Assembly (NCBI RefSeq): GCF_030684315.1
Contig: NC_081373.1
Coordinates: 48,932,066 to 48,996,065 of the forward strand
DNA length: 64,000 bases
DNA from: Stegostoma tigrinum
Taxonomy: Eukaryota
Direction of reading: 5' to 3'
The notes under the pieces were generated by a model. The model had not been told where the DNA came from. It worked only from the letters and a program-made list of their open reading frames with translations, and ran no database searches. Below are positions 49,808 to 61,159 of this stretch, one piece after another. Position numbers and translations under genes: made by a program. Position 1 is the stretch's first letter; each line of letters begins with the position of its first letter.

Positions 49808-50965
49808 AATGCAAAATATTGCGGAAGTTGGAAATCTGAAACAGAGTGCCAAAGAAACTGCCAGTATTTGCAGAGAATGAAACAGAGTTAACATTTTGAT
49901 TGGCATGACTTCAGAAAAAAAAGTCATTGGAAAATGCCTTTTCTTAATATTTTGACAGAGGCAGAGAGGGGACAAAGAACTTGAATAGTGTCATCGCCCA
50001 AGATAAAACACAAAGGGGTTGTTAATTGTAGTGAAAAAGTAAAACAGATGCAAAATGAGTGTAAAGAACATATAACAGTACAGTACAGGCCCTTTGGCCC
50101 ACAATGTTGTGCCAACCTACTGTCCTACTAAGATCAATCTACCCTGCATACCTTACATTTAAGGATTATGTGAAAGGGAGTGAGATGGTCACTATGACAG
50201 TCAAGTGAAAGAAAAACTGAAGCTTGGGTGTGGAGGGGTGAGCGAGTGTGCAGTTGAATATGAGAAAATTGGAGAACAGGCAACACTGCATGATGTCATG
50301 GAAATAAATAGTGAGATTGTAAAGGCTATGAGGTGACTGGAGACTAGAGCATTGTTCTTCAAGTTCGCATTGTGTTTCATTGGAATATTTCAATTCCAAG
50401 ACAGAAAAGTTAGCATGACTGCAAGATGCTTTATTGAAATGGCAAGCAACCGGAAGGTCAAGGTAAAGTTTTTAAAAAGAGTGGTGGTGGTCCAAAAAGT
50501 GATTACCCAGACTTTGTTTGATTATGAAAGGAGTTCACATTGTGAGCCACGAATATAGTAGACTAGATTGAAAGAAATAAAAGCAAAATGCTGCTTCTGC
50601 TTATCCCACACTCTCTGCTGTACATAACATCTTTAACTCAATCACCACAATATTCACAATGTCACTTTTCCAGCTTGGCGTCTGCATTGCCTACTCACTC
50701 ACTCAAACTCTCACTCCTTTGACCATCCAACTGTTCTTCTGTCTCTTTGGGGTCTACTCACACCAATAATTTACTCCTAACCCTCTCCCACCACTCAATG
50801 TTCGACACAAAAAAAAACTTTTGCTAGCTACCATCAGTTCTGAAGAAGGGTCACTGGACCCAAAATGTTAACACTGATTTCTGTCCACAGGTGTTGCAAG
50901 ACCTGGTGAAATTTTCCAGCAATTTTTGTTTTTGTTTCTGATTTCCAGTATCTACAGTTCTTTTC
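49808..50965. mobile_element. Old PLE (family 2) 3' region with inverted terminal arm; CR1 tail nested at ~50065-50165
   Basis: Minus arm 49808-49915 mirrors plus arm 50835-50965. Minus ORF 50166-50399 has ETQCELEEQ (cf. RRLQEQ of the GIY-YIG C-terminus). Decayed HHR agttCTGAAGAagggtcactggacccaaaatgttaac at 50836-50872. Confidence 0.65.
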
Positions 50966-51660
50966 ATTAGAAAAAATTGTATCCAATTGACTAGCTCTCC
51001 CTGGATCCCATGTGATTTAATCTTACTAACCAGTCTATGCCGAACCTTGTTGAAAGCCTTGCTAAAGTCCATGTCTACTGCTCTGCCTTCATCTATTGTC
51101 TTGGTCACCTCTTTATTAAAAAAGTCAATCAAATTCTAGAGACACAATTTTTAATGCACAAAGTATGCTAACTATCCTGAATCAATCCTTGCCTTTCCAA
51201 ATGTGTGTTGATCCTGTCTCTCAGAATCCCCTCTAACAACTTTCCCACCACTGACATTATGCTCACTGGTCTGTAGTTCCCTGGCTGTTCCTTCCAGCCT
51301 TTCTTAAATAATGGCCCAACATTAGCCACGCTCCAATCTTCCAATACCTCACCTGTGGTGATAATACAAATATTCCTGCTAGGGGCCCTGCAAATTCTTC
51401 TCTAGCTTCCCACAATTTCCTCGGATACAATTGATTCAGCTTATAGGGATTTACCTACTTTTATGCATTTTAAGACCTTCAGCATCTCTTCTTCCATAAA
51501 GTAAACACTTTTCAAGACATCACTATTTATTTCCCTGAGCTCTCGAGTGTGTCTGCGTCTTTCTCCATGGTATATACCTACGTTAGCGAGTTTTGAGAAG
51601 ATTTGTAGCTCAGGTTGAGTTTCTGGATATGAGTTTGCTGCTGAGCTGGAAGGTTCGTTT

Positions 51661-51700
51661 TCAGACGTTTTGTCACCATTCTAGGTAACATCATCAGTGA
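51661..51700 (-). ncRNA. Hammerhead motif in Penelope terminal repeat (G12>A)
   Basis: TCA CTGATGA t GTTACC-tagaat-GGTGAC AAAA C GTC TGA. Confidence 0.75.
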
Positions 51701-53393
51701 GCCTCCGGTGAAGCGCTGGTGTTATGTTCCGCTTTCTATTTATCTGTTTAGGTTTCCTTGGATTGGTGATGTCATTTCCTGTGTTGGTGATGTCATTTCC
51801 TGTTCTTTTTCTCAGAGGATGGTAGATTGGCTCCAAATCAATGTGTTTGTTGACGGAGTTCCGGTTGGAATGCCATGCTTCTAGGAATTCTCGTGCGTGT
51901 CTCTGTTTGGCTTGTCCTAGGATGGATGTGTTGTCCCAATCAAAGTGGTGTCCTTCCTTATCTGTGTGTAAGGATACGAGTGATAGTGGGTCGTGTTGTT
52001 TTGTGGCTAGTTGATGTTCATGTATCCTGGTGGCTAGCTTTCTGCCTGTTTGTCCAATGTAGTGTTTGTCACAGTTCTTGCAAGGTATTTTGTAGATGAC
52101 GTTCGTTTTGCTTGTTGTCTGTATAGGGTCTTTTAAGTTCATTAGCTGCTGTTTTAGTGTGTTGGTGGGTTTGTGGGCTACCCTGATGCCAAGAGGTCTG
52201 AGTAATCTGGCAGTCATTTCGGAAATGTCTTTGATGTCGGGGAGAGTGGTTACGGTTTCTGGGCATGTTTTGTCTGTTTGTTTGGGTTTGTTGTTGAGAA
52301 ATCGGCGGACTGTGTTCATTGGGTACCCGTTCTTTTTGAATACGCTGTATAGGTGATTTTCTTCTGCTCTTTGTAGTCCCTCTGTGCTGTAGTGTGTGGT
52401 GGCTCATTGGAATAATGTTCTAATGCAGCTTCATTTGTGGGTGTTGGGATGGTTGCTCCTCTAGTTCAGTATTTGGTCCGTATGTGTTGTTTTCCTGTAG
52501 ACGCTGGTTTGAAGTTCCCCATTGGCTGTTCGCTCTACTGTGACATCTAGGAATGGCAGTTTGTTGTTGTTTTCTTCCTCTTTTGTGAATGTTATGCCAG
52601 TAAGAGTATTATTGACGGTCTTGAATGTTTCCTCTAATTTATTTTGTTTAGTGATTACAAAGGTGTCATCCACATAGCGGACCCAAAGTTTGGGTTGGAT
52701 GATTGGCAGAGCTGTTTGTTCGAGTCTCTGCATTACTGCCTCTGCTAAGAACCCTGATATCGGAGATCCCATGGGTGTACCGTTGGTTTGTCTGTAGGTT
52801 TTGTTATTGAAAGTGAAGTGGGTGGTGAGGCATAGGTCCACTAGCTTGATGATGTTGTCCTTGCTGATGAGGTTGGTGGTGTCAGGTGTATGTGTCTTCG
52901 GTTCTTCTAATAGTGTAGTCAGTGTTTCTTTGGCCAGGTTGATGTTGATGGATGTGAACAGGGCTGTTACGTCATAGGAGACCATTATTTCATCCTCTTC
53001 TATCTTGGTGTCTTTGGTGTTCAGGAATTCTTGGGTGAAGTGAATGGAGTGGCATGAGTCTTCTACTAGGTGTTTTAGTCTTTGGTGTAGTGCCTTGGCT
53101 AATCTGTAGGTTGGTGTTCTAGGTAGCGACGCTATGGGCCTGAGGGGGGCTCCTGGTTTGTGAATTTTTGGTAGTCCGTAGAAGCGTGGTGTGTTGGATC
53201 CATCAGGTTTCATTTTTGGGAAGTCTCTCTTGTTTAATTCTCCAGATTTTTGAAGTTTTTTGATTAAGGCTGTGATTCGGTTCTCTAGTTGTGGGGTCAG
53301 GTCTATCGCCACCTGTTGGTAAGTGTCGGTATCTGCAAGCAGTGTGTTCGCTTTCTCAATGTAGTCTGTTCGGTTTAAAATGACTGTCAAGCA
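51681..53393 (-). pseudogene. Penelope RT + GIY-YIG endonuclease ORF with three in-frame stops, no frameshift
   Basis: FYGLPKIHK, SYDVTALFT, GTPMGSPIS, RYVDD, FLDV; NVIYKIPCKNCDKHYIGQTGR..RIHEH. The linker 52320-52463 reads *RSNHPNTHK*SCIRTLFQ*ATTH..NGYP in frame. Confidence 0.95.
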
Positions 53394-53449
53394 TAAACCT
53401 AAACAGATAAACAGAAAGCGGGACATAACACCAGCGCTTCTTCGGAGGC

Positions 53450-53489
53450 TCACTAATGATGTTACCTGGAATGGTGACAAAACGTCTGA
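53450..53489 (+). ncRNA. Second hammerhead copy in inverted arm (G5>A, G12>A)
   Basis: TCA CTAATGA t GTTACC-tggaat-GGTGAC AAAA C GTC TGA. Confidence 0.65.
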
Positions 53490-55044
53490 AAACTAACCTT
53501 CCAACTCAGCAAGCAAACTCACATCCATATACCTATGTCTAATATTCGGTTAATATCTCAGCCATCTCCTGTGGTTCCACACAGAGAAAACCTTCACTGA
53601 TCTTTAAGGGGTCCTATTGTCTCCCTGGTTATTCTTTTGCCCTTAATATACTTGTAGAATCCCTTTGGATTCCCCTAACCTTAACTGTCAAAGCTCTCTT
53701 ATGTTCCCTTTTTTCCCTCCTGATTATGTTCAAGTTTACTCCTACAGTCTCTATATTCATCAAGAGACTTACTTGATCCGAGCTGTCTATACCCGACATC
53801 AGCCTCCTCCTTCTCTTGATCAGGCTGTCAATATTTCTAGTCATCCAGTGTTTGCTCCACCTGCTAACCTTGTCCTTCACAATAATAGCAAAACATTGGC
53901 CCTAAACTCTTGCTATCTTCCTTTTGAAGGCCTTCCACTTACCAGATGCCCCTTTACCTGAGAACAGCCTCCCCCAATCAACTTTTGAAGTTCCGGTTAA
54001 TATCATCAAGATTGGCCTTGCTCAAATTTAGAACTTTAACTTGTGGACCAGCTCTACCCTTTTCCATAATTATTTTAAATCTAATACCCAAAGTGCTCCT
54101 CCAATGACAACTCAGTCACCTGCTCTGCATTATTTCCCTAGATGTTGAGTTTTGCCCCTTCTCTTGTAGGTCATTTACATATTGATTGAAAGCTTTTTTT
54201 AAAAAACACATTTAAATTCCTCCCCATCCAAGCCTTTAACACTGTGGCAGTCTCAGTCTGTGCTTAGAGAATTAAAAACACCTGTTACAAACTGTTTTTC
54301 CTACAGCTATCTGTGATCTCTGTACATCATTGATTATTTGTAGGGTGCCTATAGTACAGGATTATTCTTATTTCTCAGATTCACCCATATAGCTTCACTG
54401 GACGATCCCTTAGGAAGTCTTGCTGTGATGCTTTCCTTAATCAAAAATGCCAGTCTGCTCCCTACCATTCCTCCCCTTTTATTCTTCCTATAGCATATGT
54501 AGCCTGATCATTGAGCTGCCAGTCCTGACCCTCCCTCAGCTATGTTCCTGTAATAGCTACGATATCCCAGTCCCATGTTCCCATTCATGTCCATGGTTCA
54601 TCTGCCTTCCCTGTCAAGCTTCTTGCACTGAAATAACTGGAGTTTAATTCATCATTCTTCCCTCATTCCCTGTCGCACTTTTGCCTGCCTTATCTATTTA
54701 ACTTGTTTTCTTTAACTTCTATATCAGCCTCAACCATTTCTCATCTTACTACCATTTAGGATACCCCATCACCACCCTGTCAGACTAGTTTGAAACCTCT
54801 CAATTAGCTCTAGCAAATCTCCCCACCAGGATATTGGTCCCCTACCAGTTCAGGTGCAACCCATCCCTTTTGTCCTGATCACTTTTGTCCCAGAAGAGAT
54901 TCCAATGATCCAAAAAAATCTGAATGCCTGATCCTTGCACCAGCTCCTGAGCCAGGCATTCATCTGTCCTATCCTCCTATTCCTACTCTCGTGACATGTG
55001 AGATTAGCGAACATTATGTCATGATCTATTAATGTATGCAAACA

Positions 55045-55610
55045 GTTTGAGTTTGATTTATTGTTGTCAGTTGCACTGAGATTCAGTAAAAAGTGCTATA
55101 CAGGTAGATTGTACCATACAAAGTGTATCAGGATAACAGAATAGAGAGCAGAATACAGTGTTACAGGAGCAGAGAAGGTCCAGAGAGAGACAGAGACAGA
55201 GAAAGAGAGAGAAAAAGAAAGAAAGAGTGAGAGAGATCAGAATTAACACTTGAGAAGTCTGTTCAAAAGTTTGACAACAGTAGGGAAGAAGCTGTTCTTG
55301 AATCTATTCGTCCATGTATTCAAAACATTATATCTTGTGCCTGACGGGAAGAGTGTGGAAGGGAGTATAACCAGGGTGGGAGGGGTCTTTGATTATGTTG
55401 TTTGCTTTTCAGAGGCAATGGGAAATATAGATGGAATCAATGCATGGAAGGCTGATTTGTGTGATGGACTAAGCAGTGCTCACAACTCTCTGTACTTCCT
55501 TGTGATCTTGGGAATAGCGGTTACTGTACCAAGCTGTGATGTATCCAGATACGATGCTTTCTATGGTGCATCTATAAAAATTGGTAAAAGTCCTTGAGGA
55601 CATGCCAAAA
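55045..55610 (-). mobile_element. Rex1/Babar-like LINE 3' end containing a (GA)n-rich tract at ~55181-55235
   Basis: Homologous to 41140-41620 (agctgttcttgaatct, ttctatggtgcatctataaaa). Confidence 0.85.
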
Positions 55611-55849
55611 TCCCAAAATAGGCATTTCACTACTGAGAATCTTGTTCAATACTATTCATACAAAAGGTTATTTTGCTCTCGATATTGACAGTCTCCTTGC
55701 TGGCCACCTCACACAATTCTCTCAACTTCCTCACCGATGCCTAAATTGTTCAGAGGCCTGAGAGATCTAGTGACCCTATTCTGACCCTCTTAACGAGGCT
55801 AATAATGCTTAAATTGACAGCTTTCTCAATCCTGTCCTATCACCTTCAA

Positions 55850-57160
55850 TAATTAGTGTACAGGTCTGCTCCTGCCCGTCTTTAGAATTAGTTTGTTAAA
55901 CTTAATCTGCTATTTGTTTGCCTATTCCACCATCCTCCCTACATCCTCTAAAAGTGCATCACTATCCTCCTTCTAATTCAAATTACTTCTAAGTTTTGTG
56001 CATTTGCAAATTTTAAAATTGTACTCTCATGCATCCATGTCAAGGTCATCAGTGTACATCAAGAAATGTTGTTGTGCTAACTCTATGGAACCATTCAGCA
56101 CTACTGTTTCTTATCATTCAGCCAATACTACATCCACACTGCTACCATCCCTTTTATTGCACGAGTGCTGACAAACCTAATGTAAGGCACTTTATCGAAT
56201 GTCTTTGGAAATTCATGTATGCCAGATCATCCACATCCTCCCCAGTTAATCGTTTGCGTTACCTCATAAAAAAAATTCAAACAGCTTAGTTAAATCCAAT
56301 TTGCCATAATCAAATCTATGCCAGCTTTCCTCAATCTACATTCGTCAAAGTGATATGCTTTTTTGGCAAATTATCATTTCTAAAAGCTTTCCCACCATTG
56401 AAGTTAATCTAACCACCTTATTATTGCTCCAACTGTCAATTATGCTTAAGCCCCTTTGATTGAACAAAGACATAGCATTTGCAGTTGTTCAGTTCTCTGG
56501 CACCACCTTGCATCAAAAGAAGATCAAAGGATTACTGCCAGTGTCTCCATAACTTCTATCCTTACTTTAGGATGCATGCCATCTGACTCTAATGATTAAT
56601 CAGAGTACAGCAAGTCAATTGACTACATCCTCTGTCAATATTTAGTTTATCTGACATCTCAATTTCTTCCTCTTTAACCATGACTCACTTATCGTCATCT
56701 TCTTCAGTAAAGACTGACACAAAGTACTCATTCAGCACCTCAGCAATGGTCCTTTCCGCCAGCATCATAAATCAAGGGCAACTAGGGACGGACAAGAAAT
56801 GCTGGCCAGATAGCGACACCCACATCCCACAAACGATTAGAAAAATAAAGCCTTTTTAAGGTCCTGGATCACTTCAACCTGCATCCTAAAAAATACTTCA
56901 GTTCTACTTATGTTAACTAAAAATTTGTGTGTATACTTTTTTTTCTTTGTTCCTTTTGCTTTTTTTCATTTCCCTTTTGAATAATCTATATGGAGCCTGG
57001 TTCTTAATTTTGTTTTCCACCTGACATTTATCACGTCCACTCCTTTCCTGTTTCACCTTGCTCTCTATCTCTTGTGTCGTCCAAGTAGGTCCAAATCTCT
57101 TTGTCCTACTTCTTCACCTTTACTGGGCATGAAATTTTCTTTAAAAGCCCCCACTGTTCA
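55850..57160 (-). mobile_element. CR1 RT fragment, degenerate, with a LINE tail (+) nested at ~56765-56848
   Basis: gtgcatttgcaaatttt (KFA..-like) and atcgaatgtctttggaaattcatgta (YMNFQRHS, cf. YLDFQKAFD). Confidence 0.6.
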
Positions 57161-57199
57161 TGATGGAAGACAATGAATCATTGTGAAATGAGGTAATTA

Positions 57200-57973
57200 T
57201 GTGGCTATGAGCCATAGCACACATGGATTCAATTACCCAAAAATGTGGTAGTGTTGACTTGCATTGGGTCCTTATTCAGGTTAGTTACAATGAAAAGGCT
57301 TGTTTACAAGTATGATGATGCTGTCGCTTTAAGAGGTTATTTTGTCCTTTTTTTTGATGGGAATTTTTATGACAGAGGTGGTAAGCTTTCTACTTGGCAA
57401 GCCAGTAAAGTCAGCAGCTTGTGAGACCTTGGGTGTGTTTTTTTTAAATTGCAACATTAGAAGTATCCTGGATGGGTGTGGCCAGCTCTCTCCGAACAGG
57501 ATTTCTAGTTTCTCTTTAGTGTTTAGCTAGTTTTGAACAATTGCTATTTGAGTCACAATAGGGCAGAAACTGCTTAGGTTTTGAAGAAATAGAAGCTATC
57601 TTTTCCCTCTGTTATTTACAGCTAGAAACTGGGATTTCTCTCTGCTGCTGGGTTATCTGTGAGACAAATCTATTTTTCTGAATGTGCCTTTTCGCCAAGG
57701 GTTTCTTTTTATGGAATATTACTATATTCGAACAGTTAATAAATAATAGCTACTGCATCTATTGTCTGGTTAAGTTTTCCAATAGAATAGTCCTTTCTTT
57801 CATTGTATTTTAATTGTAGTCAAAATAGATTGTGCTTTGCTTACCATCAAGTAGTTTTACCAGTCACATTGCATCTGGAACACAGTACATGACATGTGCC
57901 TTTAAATAAGAAAAAAGCAGGATCCAAGCTACTTGCTTAAAATACTTTCAATGGGTCTGGTCTGGTCCATAAC
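57200..57973 (+). mobile_element. Probable solo LTR
   Basis: T-rich non-coding body ending gggtctggtctggtccataaca. 5' boundary approximate. Confidence 0.45.
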
Positions 57974-58299
57974 ACAAGCCAAAGGCAAGTTGAAAGTGTG
58001 TTCGTCTTTATGAAATTCTGACTCACATAATTTATTTTTTGAAACCGGTGCAGGACAATTCCAAGTCTAGTGAGCAAGCATGATCCACCCTTTTCCCGTA
58101 CCACCCAGGCCACATCTGAAATACCCCACGCTTAGTGGGTTGACCTATCAATTGATTTCAGGTCAGCCAAGACAAGCAGAAATCATTAGGGCATATGGTT
58201 TTTGTTCAGCGCAATGACAAAAGTGGGCCGGGAGAAATAGTCCTATAATTATGACCATACCTCAGTGGAAGGTTGAAACAATTACTTAGCAGCAAAGAA

Positions 58300-58790
58300 G
58301 TTGAATATTCGAGAAAAGAAAGATATGTTGCTAAAGCTTTGCATCTCGTGCTCATTAGAATAAATGAAAGAATGCCAAATTTCAAATAAATTCAACAATT
58401 TATACCACAAGGCAAGGTTGGCCAAGGCCATAAGATGATTTGACATAGGAGCAGAAATTAGGCCATTTGGCCCATCATATCTGCTCTACCTTCCAACCAT
58501 GGCTGATGGGTTTCTCAACCCCATTCTTCCACATTCTCCCTGTAAGCTTTGATCCCTTTGACATTCAGGAACCTATCTATTTCTGCCTTAAATATATTCA
58601 ATGACCTGGCCTCCGTAGCTTCTGTGGCAATAAATTCCATAGATTCATAAATTCCATAGCTCTTTCATTGAAGAAGTTTCTCCTCATGGCAGTGCCATGA
58701 CGCAAGGAAATGGGAACTATAGCCTCCCAAATTTCCGGCTAATTAAACAAAAAATGCATGATTTGAACAATTTCCTTTCCTTTGCAAAGA
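58300..58790 (-). mobile_element. Old PLE family-4 remnant with nested CR1 tail (58430-58685)
   Basis: Reverse 58333-58358 CTAATGAgcacgagatGCAAAGCTTT (decayed HHR). The CR1 insert is homologous to 17287-17520. Confidence 0.55.
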
Positions 58791-59334
58791 AGAGGTTGCT
58801 GCGTGCAAATGCATCTAATTTCTAGCCAGTGTAAACAAGCCATATTATGAGCTTAACTTATCTTAAGATTGGTTATTAGTGTGCCTATTGGTGTATCCAG
58901 AAATGCTTAGCAAGTGCTGTCCAACATGAGAATCGCATATTAGATGGATTGTCGGATTTCTCCTTCTGTATTTTCTCAATAATGAAAAGAAATCTTATTT
59001 GGTTTCATCAGCCAATCATTGGGGCAAGTGGCTTATTTACCTGGGATTGTACCAGCACTGCAATGGATGCACAAAGTTTTCAACTGTATGGTAGGCACAG
59101 CTCTTTTTTGGACTGGCATTGTCATCTTGTTAGTGTAGGATGCCATTTGCATAACCTCTGAGCAGCAGGTGGATAAAATAGGTTGCTTTTTGAACATATG
59201 ACCTTCATATGAACTTCACTGTCAGTGCCTCAGTCTGTTTTTTAAAAAGGGCACAAGTGAACCACCAGTTAATGTTCACCATGCTCATTTGCTTAATGAC
59301 AATTAGTTACAGGTAACATTTACACAATACAAAT

Positions 59335-60066
59335 GCCCAGCTCTGACCATCACCAATAAGAGACAATCTAACTGCTGCCTCTTGTCAGTCAATGGTATTA
59401 CCATCACTGAATCCCTCACTATCACCATCCTGGGGGTTACCATTGACTTGAAACTCAACCGGACTCATCGCAAAAACACAGTGGCTACAACAGCAGGTCA
59501 GAAGCTAGGAATACTGCAATGAGTAACTCACCTCCTGACTCCCCAGACCCTGTTCGCTATCTACTTCATACTAGTCAGGAGAGTGATGGAATGCTCCCCA
59601 CTTACTTGGAGCTCAGGGAGCTTGACACCATCCAGGGCAAAGCAGCCCACTTGATTGGCACCACATCCACAAACAGCCACACTCTCCACCACCAGTGCTC
59701 AGTAGTAGCAGTGTGTACCTTCTACAAGATGCACTGCAGAAATTCACCAAAGATCCTCAGACAGCACCTTCCAAACCCACAAACATTTCCACCCAAAAGG
59801 ACAAGGACAACAGAGATATGGGAACACCACCATCTTCAAGTTCCCCTCCAAGCTATTCACCATCCTGACTTGGAAATACATCATCATTCCTTCACTGGCA
59901 CTGGGTCAAAATCCTGGAATTCTGTCCCTAATGGCATTGTGGGTCAACCCACGGCAGGTGGACTGCTGCGGTTCAAGAAGATAATTCACTAACACCTTCT
60001 CAAGAGCAGCCAGGGACCGGCAAGAAACGCTGGCCAGCCAGCGATGCCTACATCCCACCAATAAAT
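59335..60066 (+). mobile_element. L2/CR1-clade LINE 3' end
   Basis: ILGVTID.KL, LDTIQGKAAHLIG..LHHQCSVVAVCTFYKMHC, SFTGTGSKSWNSVP; tail gctggccagccagcgatgcctacatccc. Confidence 0.85.
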
Positions 60067-60839
60067 AATTAAAAGAAATTAGCAAGTTTGTTTTACTCTC
60101 AAAATACAAATTGAATATTGTACTTACAAGCAAAATTTCAAAACATATGAAATCAACCAGCTCCATGTTCTGCACAAAGCATTACATTTCATGATGTGAG
60201 TCTTCTATAACCATGCAAAAATATGGTCATGTTGCTTTTTATGCTTTTTCTTGCTCCAATAGTTGATGACTTGCATCCACTCATTTAATTTTCAAGATTA
60301 TCCTTCTCCCCAGCAGATGTGTCAAGTTAGCTAGGTCAATCTATAACCTATCCTCACTTACACCTTTTGAAACATGTGCATTATCCCACAAAGAACGATT
60401 ACCTACACAACATGTAAAAGGAACACTATTGTCAAGATGCTAATTATATAGGATGCTAGTAAAACTATACGCATGTTGAATACATATTCAATGCCTCCAC
60501 AAGGCTCTGTATTTTGGCAGCTGACATTCTTTCAACTATGGGTTTTAATTTTCTTAACTACTCAATTTGAACAACACTTCCAAATCTCATCTATCATTAT
60601 TATTATTAAGCTAACCGTACCTAGAATATGGATAAGATTACCATATTGTGTACAACTAAAGTAACCAGGCAGATCATGGAAGGACAGAAACCTAAGCATG
60701 TGTTTAAAAAGACTTAACTTTCTTACTGTTTTAACTAACCTTGAAATTTTCTCAAATTTAAGATAATTAATCAAAGGGTTTAAGGTGAAAATATCAGGAC
60801 CAGCATTTCAGGCAGGATTTTCAACAATTAGGTTTTGTT

Positions 60840-61145
60840 TTAATTCACTCATGGGATGTGTGTCACTGGATCGTCCAGGTGCAGTGATCTCCTTTCTTGT
60901 ACCCTTCATGGTTCCTGAACTGTAGTGATGCTAGAGAGTTCAAGGAGTTTGACTCTGCAACCATTGACAATATTATTCCAAGTCAGGATGGTGTATGGCT
61001 TGGAGGGAATTTTCAGGTGATGGCGTTCCTGTGTATTTACTGCATTTGTGCTTCTAGGTAGTAGAAAACATGGGTTTGGGAGGTCATGTCCAACAAACCT
61101 TGGTGAGATACTGCAAATGTGCCTTGTAGACAAAGCACACTGCTA
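60840..61145 (-). mobile_element. Same L2/CR1-clade LINE family, antisense fragment
   Basis: Reverse-homologous to 59700-60060. Confidence 0.75.
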
Positions 61146-61159
61146 ATGGGAAGGGTTAG

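Larger units (their letters stand above)
51581..53526 (-). mobile_element. Penelope (Poseidon-type) element, 5'-truncated, with inverted terminal repeat and 9-bp TSD
   Basis: RT plus GIY-YIG in one frame. Arm 53395-53527 is the reverse complement of 51624-51755. TSD atataccta at 51572-51580 and 53527-53535. Confidence 0.97.
50975..55010 (-). mobile_element. CR1 LINE from ORF1 (SGNH esterase) through APE to start of RT, split by Penelope
   Basis: RT: FFNKEVTKTIDEGRAVDMDFSKAFNKVRH..HGIQGELVNWIQ (50975-51130). ORF1: RNRRIGQMNAWLRSWC..KRDGLHLNW (54830-55000). Confidence 0.85.

Noticed and set aside
53394-53480. N-terminus MSPFQVTSLV... of the 339-aa ORF as the real start of the Penelope protein
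   Set aside because: It is read through the inverted terminal arm; genuine RT sequence stops at ~53393 (5' truncation).
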